Assembly (NCBI GenBank): GCA_964421955.1 | Contig: CAYQYU010000003.1 | Location: 1-64,000 of the forward strand | Source of the DNA: an uncultured archaeon | Lineage (GTDB): Archaea > Nanohalarchaeota > Nanosalinia > Nanosalinales > Nanosalinaceae | Direction of reading: 5' to 3' | DNA: 64,000 nucleotides | In this document: in pieces, positions 49,887 to 58,914 of the stretch | Layout of the letters: every line of letters starts with the position of its first letter | Numbering within the stretch: the first letter of the stretch is position 1 | The notes under the pieces: generated by a model | Told to the model about the DNA's origin: nothing | The model's database searches: none | The model's input: only the letters and a program-made list of their open reading frames with translations | Program-made: the position numbers and the translations under genes

Positions 49887-51323
49887 CTAAGAAGAATCTT
49901 TGAACAGGTCGCTATTAAATATTGCCAGAACGGGCAGCATCTCCAGCCTTCCCGCCAGCATTCCGATAACCCACGCGACCTTTATCAGAGGCGAGATAGA
50001 CACCATCTCCTCGCCCTGAATGTAGACAGGACCCATGTTGCCGATAGAGGAGACGCTCCCGGAGAGCGCGGCCATCACATTCATGTCTGACAGCATCAGC
50101 GTCCAGAGGGTCAGGACAAAGGTGAAGGCGACCCAGGTGAAGAAAAGTACTGCGATTGTCTGGACAGTCGACCGCTCCAGTATCTCCCCATCGATTTTGA
50201 CCTCGTTGATCGCGGTCTCCGGCAGAGAGTAAGCACGTATCCGGACTTTCAGAAGCTCTATAAGCGTCTTCAGTCGGAATATCTTGAGACCTCCTGACGT
50301 AGAACCCAGTGAACCCCCGACAAACATTATTCCTATGAATGCGGCCTGTAGCGCGACCGAGAGAGACATAAGCGACATGGTGGCGTAACCGGCCGAGGAG
50401 ATTACCGCGGCAGACTGGAAGGTGGAGTCCACCAGAACGCTCTTCAAACTGTGACCGCTCATGAAAAGTTCTATCCCGGTCAGGATCGCCATCAGACCAA
50501 AGATCTGGGCATACATCTTGAACTCGGAGTTACCTATCAGCGAACTGACATCGGTCCGGAGAACACGGTAAAGCAGCACGAAGTTGACTCCTGCAAGAAA
50601 CATGAAGAACGTCGTAGCAACCGTTATAGCGGTCGAATCAAAACCTCCTATGCTCGCAGCCATTGTCGAAAAACCTCCCGTCGATATCGCCGAAAAGGCG
50701 TGTAGTATTGCGTTGAAAGGAGTCATGCCCAGAGCCACATAGGTGCCAATTATTACCGCAGTCAGGAAGCCATAGACCTTCCAGAGTGCGAAAATCGACT
50801 TTGTGAGCGACGGTCTTATCGACCCGGAATCCGTCTTGTGGGCTTCTGCCGAGAAAAGTCTTCTCGAGACGCCGCCGGATTCACGGATAACCGCGATAAA
50901 GAATGTCAGTATGCCAAGACCTCCTATCCACTGCATGAAGGACCGCCAGAAAAGCAGTGAGCGCGGGAGATTTTCGGGCGCCAGGAACATCGAGATACCG
51001 GTAGTGGTCAGGCCAGCGGCCGACTCGAAGATCGCGTCCACGAGAACCATCTCCGTGAGTAATGGTATCGAACCAAAGATCAAAGCCAGTATCCACCCGA
51101 GAACCGTCGCGAACATGGCCTCCTTGACCGTGGGAGATCCTTTATCAACACCCATCTTGATTGCGTGGCCAAGCACAAGACAAGATATAGATGCCACTAT
51201 GAACCCGGACATGTAGAATATCGACTCCCTGTAGTAGACTGCGACGAGCAGGGGTAGGGCGATGGTGAACGCGAATACCTGGAGGAAGCTGCCTACAAAC
51301 CGGAGAATAACCGGGCTACGCAT
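49887..51323 (-). CDS. trkH: TrkH-family K+ uptake membrane protein
   Basis: FES.AGLTTTG, WRSFMQWIGGLG, STGGFS, GSTSGGLK, GNMGP, GRLE. True start ATG 51323. Confidence 0.95.
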   Translation of the reverse strand: MRSPVILRFVGSFLQVFAFTIALPLLVAVYYRESIFYMSGFIVASISCLVLGHAIKMGVDKGSPTVKEAMFATVLGWILALIFGSIPLLTEMVLVDAIFESAAGLTTTGISMFLAPENLPRSLLFWRSFMQWIGGLGILTFFIAVIRESGGVSRRLFSAEAHKTDSGSIRPSLTKSIFALWKVYGFLTAVIIGTYVALGMTPFNAILHAFSAISTGGFSTMAASIGGFDSTAITVATTFFMFLAGVNFVLLYRVLRTDVSSLIGNSEFKMYAQIFGLMAILTGIELFMSGHSLKSVLVDSTFQSAAVISSAGYATMSLMSLSVALQAAFIGIMFVGGSLGSTSGGLKIFRLKTLIELLKVRIRAYSLPETAINEVKIDGEILERSTVQTIAVLFFTWVAFTFVLTLWTLMLSDMNVMAALSGSVSSIGNMGPVYIQGEEMVSISPLIKVAWVIGMLAGRLEMLPVLAIFNSDLFKDSS

Positions 51324-51419
51324 GTATTCGAAGTTCCGGCTGCGGGAATAAAAAGCTCTCCAATTAAAAAAGTTTCTCGCCAAGACTAGGATGCTCGGGC
51401 AACTGAGCGGTGATTCATA

Positions 51420-51794
51420 ATGCAAGTTACTATCGGAACACAGGATGGCGAAACCTTCCAGACAGAACTGGAAGACTCTTCTCAACTCACAGGAAAGAAA
51501 ATAGGGGAAACCTTTGACGGCGGAATCATAGGCCTCAGCGGATACGAGCTGGAGATTACCGGTGGCAGCGACAGGCAGGGATTTCCCATGAGGAAGAGTA
51601 TAGAAGGTACTGCCCGGAGAAAAGTGCTGCTCGAGGAAGGCTCTGGCACCCGGGAAAAGGAGCAGGGAATGAGGCGCAGGAAATCCGTGCGCGGAAACAC
51701 TGTTTCGGACGAGATACAGCAGCTCAACACCACTGTAGCGGAAAAAGGCAGCAAATCCGTGGAAGACCTTCTTGGTGAAGAAGAGGAAGAATAA
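51420..51794 (+). CDS. rps6e: Ribosomal protein eS6
   Basis: LEITGGSD..GFPM, RRRKSVRGN.....I.QLN. Confidence 0.96.
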   Translation: MQVTIGTQDGETFQTELEDSSQLTGKKIGETFDGGIIGLSGYELEITGGSDRQGFPMRKSIEGTARRKVLLEEGSGTREKEQGMRRRKSVRGNTVSDEIQQLNTTVAEKGSKSVEDLLGEEEEE

Positions 51795-52027
51795 TGCCGC
51801 ATTCCCGCAGAAACAGCGGATCCAGCAGGAACTACTACGGAACGACCAGTATGAAATTCTACATGTGGGCAAAGAGACAGTCGAGGAAAAAGGACAAGAT
51901 AGTTGATCAGATAGGCCAGTGCTACGGAACCGCAAGTGACAGAGCCCATTCACTGGCGGGGGACATCGGCAGTAAACTCGGGGACAAAACGGATATTGGG
52001 GAATTGCTCTCAGGGCAGGAAAAATAA
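51794..52027 (+). CDS. Small hypothetical protein with basic N-terminal half
   Basis: 77-aa ORF that fills the gap between rps6e (TAATG overlap) and eif2g. Confidence 0.5.
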   Translation: MPHSRRNSGSSRNYYGTTSMKFYMWAKRQSRKKDKIVDQIGQCYGTASDRAHSLAGDIGSKLGDKTDIGELLSGQEK

Positions 52028-52028
52028 G

Positions 52029-53216
52029 ATGACCGAAGGAATACCAGAGGCAAACATCGGGCTTGTAGGCCATGTCGACCACGGGAAGACCACGCTCACA
52101 CAGGCACTTTCGGGTAAGTGGACTGACGAGCACTCGGAAGAGTTGAGAAAGGGGATCACGATAAGGATAGGATACGCCGATATAACATACTATGACGATG
52201 ACGGGGACCTCAATGTTGATGGAGACGGCGACGAGGTTAGGACCGTCTCGCTTGTAGACGCACCGGGCCATGAGACCCTGATGGCAAACGTCCTCTCGGG
52301 CGCGGCAATAATGGACGGCGCCATACTTTTGATCGCGGCGGACGAGGACTGTCCGCAACCCCAGACACGGGAACACCTAGCTGCGCTGGACATCGCTGGC
52401 GTTGAAAATATTGTGATTGCCCAGAACAAGATTGACCTTGTCGACGAGGATCAGGTGCGTGAAAACCACGAGCAGATACAGGAGTTTGTATCCGGAACAG
52501 TCGCGGAAGAAGCACCCGTAATACCGATATCTGCACAGCACGGCGTCAACATCGATGCACTGCTCGAAGCCGTAGACGATGAAATACCCACGCCGGAGAG
52601 AGATTCTGAAGAGGAGCCAAGGATGCTTGTCGCCCGGTCATTCGACATCAACAAGCCCGGGACCTCCCCTGAAGATATCAGAGGCGGAGTAGTAGGGGGT
52701 AGCCTTATCCAGGGAGAGATAGAGGAAGGCGATGAAATCGAGCTCAGACCCGGTCCACGTATCGACAAGGAGTGGGAGCCTGTAGTCACGACAGTCGAGG
52801 GCATCATGCAGGGTTCAAAAGCCGCGGATAAAGGCACACCGGGAGGACTGCTTGCAATCGAAACCTCTCTGGATCCGTCTCTTGCAAAGTCGGACGGCCT
52901 CTCTGGCAACGTCCTCGGCAGGAAGGACGAACTTCCAGAGGTGACCCAGACAATAGAGATCGAGGTAGACCTCATGGACCGACTGGTCGGCGCGGAAGAC
53001 GAACAGGAGATCGAGAACATAAAGGAAAACGAGGCCCTGATGCTAAATGTCGGGACCGGAAAGTCCGCAGGAATCGTCACACAGGCAGGGAAGAATGTCC
53101 GCCTGGACCTGAAAGTGCCAGTGTGTGCAGAAGAAGATGATCGAGTCGCAATATCGCGCCAGATAGGCTCTCGATGGCGTTTAATCGGTCATGGGAAGAT
53201 AAGCTCGCTTGAATAA
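52029..53216 (+). CDS. eif2g: Translation initiation factor 2 gamma subunit
   Basis: GHVDHGKTT, GITIRIGY, DAPGHE, PQPQTREH, NKID, RSFDINKPG, RWRLIG. Confidence 0.97.
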   Translation: MTEGIPEANIGLVGHVDHGKTTLTQALSGKWTDEHSEELRKGITIRIGYADITYYDDDGDLNVDGDGDEVRTVSLVDAPGHETLMANVLSGAAIMDGAILLIAADEDCPQPQTREHLAALDIAGVENIVIAQNKIDLVDEDQVRENHEQIQEFVSGTVAEEAPVIPISAQHGVNIDALLEAVDDEIPTPERDSEEEPRMLVARSFDINKPGTSPEDIRGGVVGGSLIQGEIEEGDEIELRPGPRIDKEWEPVVTTVEGIMQGSKAADKGTPGGLLAIETSLDPSLAKSDGLSGNVLGRKDELPEVTQTIEIEVDLMDRLVGAEDEQEIENIKENEALMLNVGTGKSAGIVTQAGKNVRLDLKVPVCAEEDDRVAISRQIGSRWRLIGHGKISSLE

Positions 53217-53284
53217 GCCCCCTCATTTTTAAAGCCGAGTACCGTGATTACAACTTACTGTAACACCATCCGGTGGACCCTCAC

Positions 53285-54838
53285 ATGAGCTTCTTCAATC
53301 AACTCCTGACCCTTACCCAGGGCGGCGATGCCCTTGCAAGAGTCATACTTACACTCCTGATACTTCTATCAGGCCACCTGGGTGTCAAACTGCTCGGGAT
53401 TCTGGTAAGAAGGTTCTGGGTGGAGAAAGGGGACCTAAACAAGAAGCAGGTCGAGGAGCGGAACGATACTATACGACACCTGGGCTACGTACTTGACGCG
53501 GTAGTAATCGTCGCGGCACTGCTCTACCTCAACACAAACCTTACTTCAGCGTTCTCCACAGGGCTCGCAGAGTTTGTGCCCGACATGCTTTCTGCGATCC
53601 TTATCGGTCTGCTTGGCTTCATAGTGGTCAACGTAACGATAAAGGTGGGTGCTGACTTCCTGAGAACCATCGGGATCAGGAATTACTTCAGGGAGGTGGG
53701 TCTATCGGGGAGCGCTATCAACTTTGCATCCGTGCTTCTGAGAGGATTCCTGTACCTGCTAATCGCCCAGATCGCTCTCACCGAACTTGGGATAGGCGAG
53801 ACATTCATCGACAAACTCGTGACTGCCTCTTCCTGGGCCGCGGCATTCCTTATAGCCGCTCTGCTGTTCTACGGCTTCAAGGATCTTTTCCAGAACTTCG
53901 CCGCAGGTATATACCTGAAGAACTCGCAGCAGGTGAGGCCCGGCGAACAGGTCAACCTTGAACAGGGAAAAGGCGAGATCCGTGAGGTATCACTTTTCTC
54001 GACGACTATAGATACTGAAACAGGCTATACTCTTCTCACTCCAAATGCGAGAGTTATGGACTCGGAGATAAAGTTCAAGAGGACCAAGAGCGATATTGAC
54101 ACTCTGGAGGACATAAAGAGCTACTTCGTCGCTCAGCACCCTTCCTACTGCGGGCCGGCCTCCATGGAAATGGCGCTCGAAATATTCGGATACAGGCACA
54201 GCCAGGAAGAGATAGGTGAAAAAGCAGAAACCACCGAGGAAGAAGGAACCGACCGTGACAAGCTGATGGAAGCAGTGGAAGAAATGACGGAGGAAGAGGT
54301 CAGCACCGCGTACGTGGAGTACGACAAGATCACTGATATAGCGGACGAGTTCAAGACCTGGTTCAACGACGGAGCAATGATAGTTCCAAACTTCTACAAG
54401 CCAGAGCTCTTCCCAGACGCAACAACAGGACACTATGTACTGTCTGTGGGTGTCGAGGGGGACGAGATACTGGTCATAGATCCCAGCGGCCACACCGGAA
54501 GCGGCGGAGTCTACTACGTCAACAAGGACAGGCTCTACGATGCGATGGCAGAGTTCGATCATTCACGCGGATACATAATAGTCGCGCCGGAGGGAACTAC
54601 GGCGCACTGGAGGATCAAGAACGACCTGATCTATAGCGACAGGACCTATTATGATGAGCTCTCGAAGACCCTGGAAGCACGGCTTAGAAAGATAATGAGA
54701 CAGGGGGGACTCCTGAAAAATGCAATGCCTTCATCTATAAAAGACTACATGGAGGACTGGAGGACTGGAGAACGGGTTACCCGGCTCTGGAAGGCCACGG
54801 AGGGGAAAGATGAAACTTCTGAAGATAACAAGGAATGA
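53285..54838 (+). CDS. MscS-like channel fused to a C-terminal C39-like (papain-fold) peptidase
   Basis: TM helices plus KDLFQNFAAG...VRPGE...TPN (MscS beta domain). Then Q..SYCGPAS (Cys codon 54149), GHYV (His 54431), VIDP (Asp 54479). Confidence 0.85.
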   Translation: MSFFNQLLTLTQGGDALARVILTLLILLSGHLGVKLLGILVRRFWVEKGDLNKKQVEERNDTIRHLGYVLDAVVIVAALLYLNTNLTSAFSTGLAEFVPDMLSAILIGLLGFIVVNVTIKVGADFLRTIGIRNYFREVGLSGSAINFASVLLRGFLYLLIAQIALTELGIGETFIDKLVTASSWAAAFLIAALLFYGFKDLFQNFAAGIYLKNSQQVRPGEQVNLEQGKGEIREVSLFSTTIDTETGYTLLTPNARVMDSEIKFKRTKSDIDTLEDIKSYFVAQHPSYCGPASMEMALEIFGYRHSQEEIGEKAETTEEEGTDRDKLMEAVEEMTEEEVSTAYVEYDKITDIADEFKTWFNDGAMIVPNFYKPELFPDATTGHYVLSVGVEGDEILVIDPSGHTGSGGVYYVNKDRLYDAMAEFDHSRGYIIVAPEGTTAHWRIKNDLIYSDRTYYDELSKTLEARLRKIMRQGGLLKNAMPSSIKDYMEDWRTGERVTRLWKATEGKDETSEDNKE

Positions 54839-55619
54839 CTTTGAAGAGTTCGACCCACTGTTTGAAGAGGTCGAAACGGTCAACGTTGAACAGGTCGCGC
54901 CGTCGGTCATAGACGGTGAGACAGATGTAAAGATCAATGGCGGCTCGATATCGGATTACGACGCAGTCTTCACGGATATACCCCAGAAAAACGCCGTCTT
55001 CGGACGCGTCCTGCTCGAAATGATAGAGGAGGAGGGTATCCGCACCAACCATCCCTCGACCGCATTCTTCATCATGTCGAAGAAGAACTATTTGCACCAT
55101 GTACTCCACCAGAAAGACATCGACGCTTCCGCAACAGTTGTGGTTGCATCGGATAAAGCCGGCCGGAACATCGAAGACCATCTCGAGACGCCGCTGATCG
55201 CGAGAAAATTCGACCAGCTTGTGGAAGTTGAAAGCCGGCTGATCGAGGACGAGGACACAATAGAGGAATTTGTCGGCGGCACCGAGTATCCCGACGAGTT
55301 CATAGTGTTCCAGGAGCTCGAGGATGGCGACAAGTACAGGTGCCTCTACGCCGGAGGCGAAATCATATCCCTGATGGACAGCAGCGACAGCTGGCAGCTC
55401 CAGGATGAAAAACTGAAGTACTCGTCCCTTTCACAGGAGCAGAAAAAAACCGTGGAGAAAGCCGCAAAGAACATTGGAACACCCGTAGCCGAGGTAGTCC
55501 TGCGCGGCGGGAAAGTCTTCGACGTGAACCCTAACCCCGATCTGGGCCAGTACACTGAAGTATCCGGCAAAAACGCCTACGAGGCCGTTGCACAGGTCCT
55601 GAAAGGTGATATAGGTTGA
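54810..55619 (+). CDS. Divergent RimK-like ATP-grasp protein
   Basis: YDAVF, N.PS......KK, PLIARK, FQE, YRC...GGEII, DVNPNP; several motifs degenerate. Confidence 0.75.
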   Translation: MKLLKITRNDFEEFDPLFEEVETVNVEQVAPSVIDGETDVKINGGSISDYDAVFTDIPQKNAVFGRVLLEMIEEEGIRTNHPSTAFFIMSKKNYLHHVLHQKDIDASATVVVASDKAGRNIEDHLETPLIARKFDQLVEVESRLIEDEDTIEEFVGGTEYPDEFIVFQELEDGDKYRCLYAGGEIISLMDSSDSWQLQDEKLKYSSLSQEQKKTVEKAAKNIGTPVAEVVLRGGKVFDVNPNPDLGQYTEVSGKNAYEAVAQVLKGDIG

Positions 55620-55671
55620 AGCTTTCCGCAGGAAAGACTTCTGGCAAAAATCAGCCGGAGGCGGATTTTTA

Positions 55672-56559
55672 ATGAAAATGGCGATAGTGTACGGCGACAT
55701 ATCGACCACCCACCAGCTCATAATTGAAAGAGCGGAAGAGATTTTCGAGTCCGTGCTCGCAGCACCTGTTGACGGCCTGAAGTTTGCACATATTGACGGC
55801 GAGAACAAGGTAATCTACAAGGATACCGATCTGACCGAGTTCGACGCGGTCTACATAAGGACCGGGGACAAGGACAAGCTGTTCTCCGAGCACCTTACAG
55901 AGGTCCTGAATGAAGCCGGGGCAGTCACGCAGGCGGAGAACGACACCTATGCTTACGAGTCCAACAAGTTCTACTCGATGAAGGTACTGGCGGAAAACGG
56001 GGTCAAGGTTCCCGACAGCGTCTACACTCTTTCTCCTGACGCGGCAGTTGAGGCCGCGGAAAAGCTCGGCTACCCGATCATCATGAAAACTATCGGCGGG
56101 GGAGGCGGCCAGGGAGTAATGCGCGCGACCTCGGAAAACGAGCTGAAACCAGTTATGGATACCATGAAGGCCTTCGAACAGGACATCTGCCTCCAGGAGT
56201 ACAAAGAGCACGACGGCACTGACAACCGCATAATAGTCATCGGCGATCAACTGGTCGGCTACCAGCGCTCCAGCGCAGGGGACGAATGGAGGTCAAACAT
56301 ATCAGGCGGCGGAGACAGGAGAAAGGCAGAGATTACGGAAGAGATCGAAGAGTCCGCAACAAGATCCGCGAAAGCACTCGGATTCGATATCTGCGGCTGT
56401 GACATAATAGACATCGAGGACGGAGTTTACGTACTGGAGGTTAACGGAGCCTTCGGCCTTAACGAGGGAATAAATGATGTAGTCGGCGAGGACATAATTC
56501 TGCGTGTCGTCGAGGGAATGCACGAACTGGCAATTCAGCACCAGGAAGAGAAAAAATGA
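55672..56559 (+). CDS. RimK/LysX-family ATP-grasp amide ligase
   Basis: NKF....L...GV.VP, YPIIMK...GGGGQGV, LQEY, D.RIIVIG, WRSNISGGG, GCDII, LEVNG. Confidence 0.92.
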   Translation: MKMAIVYGDISTTHQLIIERAEEIFESVLAAPVDGLKFAHIDGENKVIYKDTDLTEFDAVYIRTGDKDKLFSEHLTEVLNEAGAVTQAENDTYAYESNKFYSMKVLAENGVKVPDSVYTLSPDAAVEAAEKLGYPIIMKTIGGGGGQGVMRATSENELKPVMDTMKAFEQDICLQEYKEHDGTDNRIIVIGDQLVGYQRSSAGDEWRSNISGGGDRRKAEITEEIEESATRSAKALGFDICGCDIIDIEDGVYVLEVNGAFGLNEGINDVVGEDIILRVVEGMHELAIQHQEEKK

Positions 56560-57608
56560 GAACCGGAGTCGAACTGGAGTACTGGGTTACAGACGGGAAC
56601 GGAAAGCTACGCTCCGCCGAAAAGATCGCCTCGCGACTGGATTTCGCCGAAAGAGAATTTGTCGAACCGGTACTTGAAATAAAAACGGAGCCACGAGAAA
56701 CAGTTTCTGGGTTGAGGAACGAGATCAAGAGGAAGCTCAAGAATGCCATAGAGGAGGCGGAAAGCCTCGATCTGAACATTGTCGGTCTGGGGACACCACT
56801 TCACTCGGGAGAGATCAAAACAGATGAATCGGCGAGATCAAGACTACAGGAGAAAATTGTGGGTGAACGGCTCAACTACGCCAAACACGTTGCGGGCACA
56901 CACTTCCACTTTGAACAGACCGATCCCGTGAAACAGATCAATCTCCTGACCGCGCTCGACCCCTCGCTCTCGCTTGTCAGCTCCTCACCCTACTACCGGG
57001 GCAAGAGAGTGGCAGACAATGCGAGAAACCAGATATACCGCTACAGGTGCTACGAGAAACTCTCAAAACACGGCCAGCTCTGGAACTATACCTCGAGCAG
57101 GGAAGAATGGGAGAACCGTATCGAGACGAGATTCAACGAGTTCAAGGATTTTGCGCAGGAAAAAGGGATAGATGGATCAAAGATAGAAGAGCACTTCCGC
57201 CCGGAGGACAGCATATGGATTCCCGTCAGGCTCAGGGAAAAGTTCGGAACAGTTGAATGGAGATCTCCTGATTCCGCTCTTCCCGGCCGGATAATCGAGT
57301 TGCTCGAAAAAATCAGGCATCTAGTTGAAAAAACTGGAGACAGCAGACTTGAGACAGGGAAACCCGGGATAGAACCGGGAAGAATAGTGGTGCCGGAGTT
57401 CACGGAACTTGACCGGCTCTCAAGAAACGCGATATATGATGGGCAGGAAAACGGTGAAGTCCGGAGATATCTCGAGGAACTAGGGTTTGAAAAACAGGAT
57501 TCAGTCTCCAGGGAAATTGATGCCGGGGCCAGCATAGATCGTGAGACCGCTAAAAAAATAAGACTGAAATACAGCAAAAAGCTCAAGCAGGACGTCAAAA
57601 AGCTCTAG
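56556..57608 (+). CDS. Glutamate--cysteine ligase family 2 (GCS2/YbdK-type carboxylate-amine ligase)
   Basis: GVELEYWV, EF....LEIKT, GTHFHF, SSPYY.G, W.PVRLR..FGTVEWR.PD. Confidence 0.88.
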   Translation: MRTGVELEYWVTDGNGKLRSAEKIASRLDFAEREFVEPVLEIKTEPRETVSGLRNEIKRKLKNAIEEAESLDLNIVGLGTPLHSGEIKTDESARSRLQEKIVGERLNYAKHVAGTHFHFEQTDPVKQINLLTALDPSLSLVSSSPYYRGKRVADNARNQIYRYRCYEKLSKHGQLWNYTSSREEWENRIETRFNEFKDFAQEKGIDGSKIEEHFRPEDSIWIPVRLREKFGTVEWRSPDSALPGRIIELLEKIRHLVEKTGDSRLETGKPGIEPGRIVVPEFTELDRLSRNAIYDGQENGEVRRYLEELGFEKQDSVSREIDAGASIDRETAKKIRLKYSKKLKQDVKKL

Positions 57609-57612
57609 AAAA

Positions 57613-57990
57613 ATGAAGAAGATAATCCTTGACACCAACTTCCTGGTGGCGCCCTTCCAGCTAAATCTCTCAGTTTTCGATGAACTCGAAAGACTCTACC
57701 CGCACGCGGAGACATACACCCTGGAAGACGTGATCCAGGAGGCGAAGAGCATAGAGTCCGGCAAGTACAAGGCTCTTGTCCACAAACTGGTTGAAACACA
57801 GGACATGGAGGTTCTCGAAACAGAAGGAAGCGGAAGCGTCGACGACCTGCTCGTCGATCTCGCGGACGAGTACGTGATCGCCACCAACGACAGGGAGCTG
57901 AAGCAGAGGCTGCTCGAAAAAGATGCGGAAGTCGTGATTATCCGGAGCAAGAACCATCTCGAGGCGCTTAACCGGCAGGAACTTCGATAG
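57613..57990 (+). CDS. PIN-domain protein (Utp24/Fcf1-like)
   Basis: ILDTNFL, VDD.L, ATNDREL; usual position before rpoE1. Confidence 0.9.
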   Translation: MKKIILDTNFLVAPFQLNLSVFDELERLYPHAETYTLEDVIQEAKSIESGKYKALVHKLVETQDMEVLETEGSGSVDDLLVDLADEYVIATNDRELKQRLLEKDAEVVIIRSKNHLEALNRQELR

Positions 57991-58048
57991 GAAACACCAT
58001 TTAAAACTTGCGTCGAATCTGCTTACTGTTCTGAGGTAAAAAGAATAT

Positions 58049-58609
58049 ATGTACAAGAGGCTTACAGTCCAGGACTCGGTAAGAGTACCGCCAGAGCACC
58101 TGGGAGATGACCTTGAGGAAAGCGTAAGAGCCGGACTTAGAGAAGAAGTTGAAGGAAGAATTCTATCGGAAGTAGGAGTCGTGATAGGAGTCGAAGATGT
58201 GAACTCTGTCGAGGGCGGAGATATCAGGCCTGAAGACGCAGGGGTCCACTACGAGGTCGAATACCAGGCCATCGTTTTCGAACCCGAACTGCACGAAGTG
58301 GTGCACGGCGAGGTGGTCGACATCACTGGCTTCGGCGCATTCGTTAGAATCGGGCCTTTCGACGGTCTATGCCACGTATCCCAGGTTATGGACGACTACG
58401 TCAACCACGACGAGGAAAACGACATGCTTGTATCTGACGAGAACGACTTCTCACTACAGGTCGGCGATGTACTGACCGCAAGGATAATAGCAGTCTCGCT
58501 CGAGAACCAGGAGAGCAACAAGATCAACCTCACGATGAGACAGCCAGGTCTCGGAAAGGACGAATGGATCGAGGCGCACGAGGAAGAACAGGAAGAGGAG
58601 GAAGAGTAA
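58049..58609 (+). CDS. rpoE1: RNA polymerase subunit E' (Rpo7)
   Basis: VRVPP, FGAFVRIGPFDGLCHVSQ, LTMRQPGLGK. Confidence 0.97.
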   Translation: MYKRLTVQDSVRVPPEHLGDDLEESVRAGLREEVEGRILSEVGVVIGVEDVNSVEGGDIRPEDAGVHYEVEYQAIVFEPELHEVVHGEVVDITGFGAFVRIGPFDGLCHVSQVMDDYVNHDEENDMLVSDENDFSLQVGDVLTARIIAVSLENQESNKINLTMRQPGLGKDEWIEAHEEEQEEEEE

Positions 58610-58695
58610 ATGAATTCTAAAACCCGAAATATAATGGACGCCGGAGCGCTAGCGTAGAGCGTTCCCGCGTGATCGATACTTCGCGTGAAAGTTCG

Positions 58696-58884
58696 ATGGC
58701 AGAGCGAGCGTGCAGGAACTGTAACAGAATCGTGGAAGACTCGGATGAATGCCCGGTATGCAAGAACAACGACCTTTCTAACTCCTGGAGCGGACTAGTG
58801 GTCATCTACAATCCAGAAGACTCGGATATTGCAGAAAAACTTGGAATACAGACACCGGGTCGCTACGCGATCAGGGTCAAATAA
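58696..58884 (+). CDS. spt4: Transcription elongation factor Spt4 (RpoE2)
   Basis: ACRNC...CPVC, WSG.V.I..P..S.IA..LGI..PG.YAIRV. Confidence 0.96.
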   Translation: MAERACRNCNRIVEDSDECPVCKNNDLSNSWSGLVVIYNPEDSDIAEKLGIQTPGRYAIRVK

Positions 58885-58914
58885 AAGTCTTGCCCGGAGT
58901 TGTAAAGAATACAA

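Noticed and set aside
49887-52376. 829-aa ORF as a giant TrkH
   Set aside because: The N-terminal 350 aa is antisense to rps6e/eif2g; TrkH starts at ATG 51323.
53285-57608. Classical graspetide (microviridin-type) RiPP cluster
   Set aside because: No precursor with a recognisable leader or core repeats lies nearby, and the intact ligase looks RimK/LysX-like. Kept only as a remote possibility.
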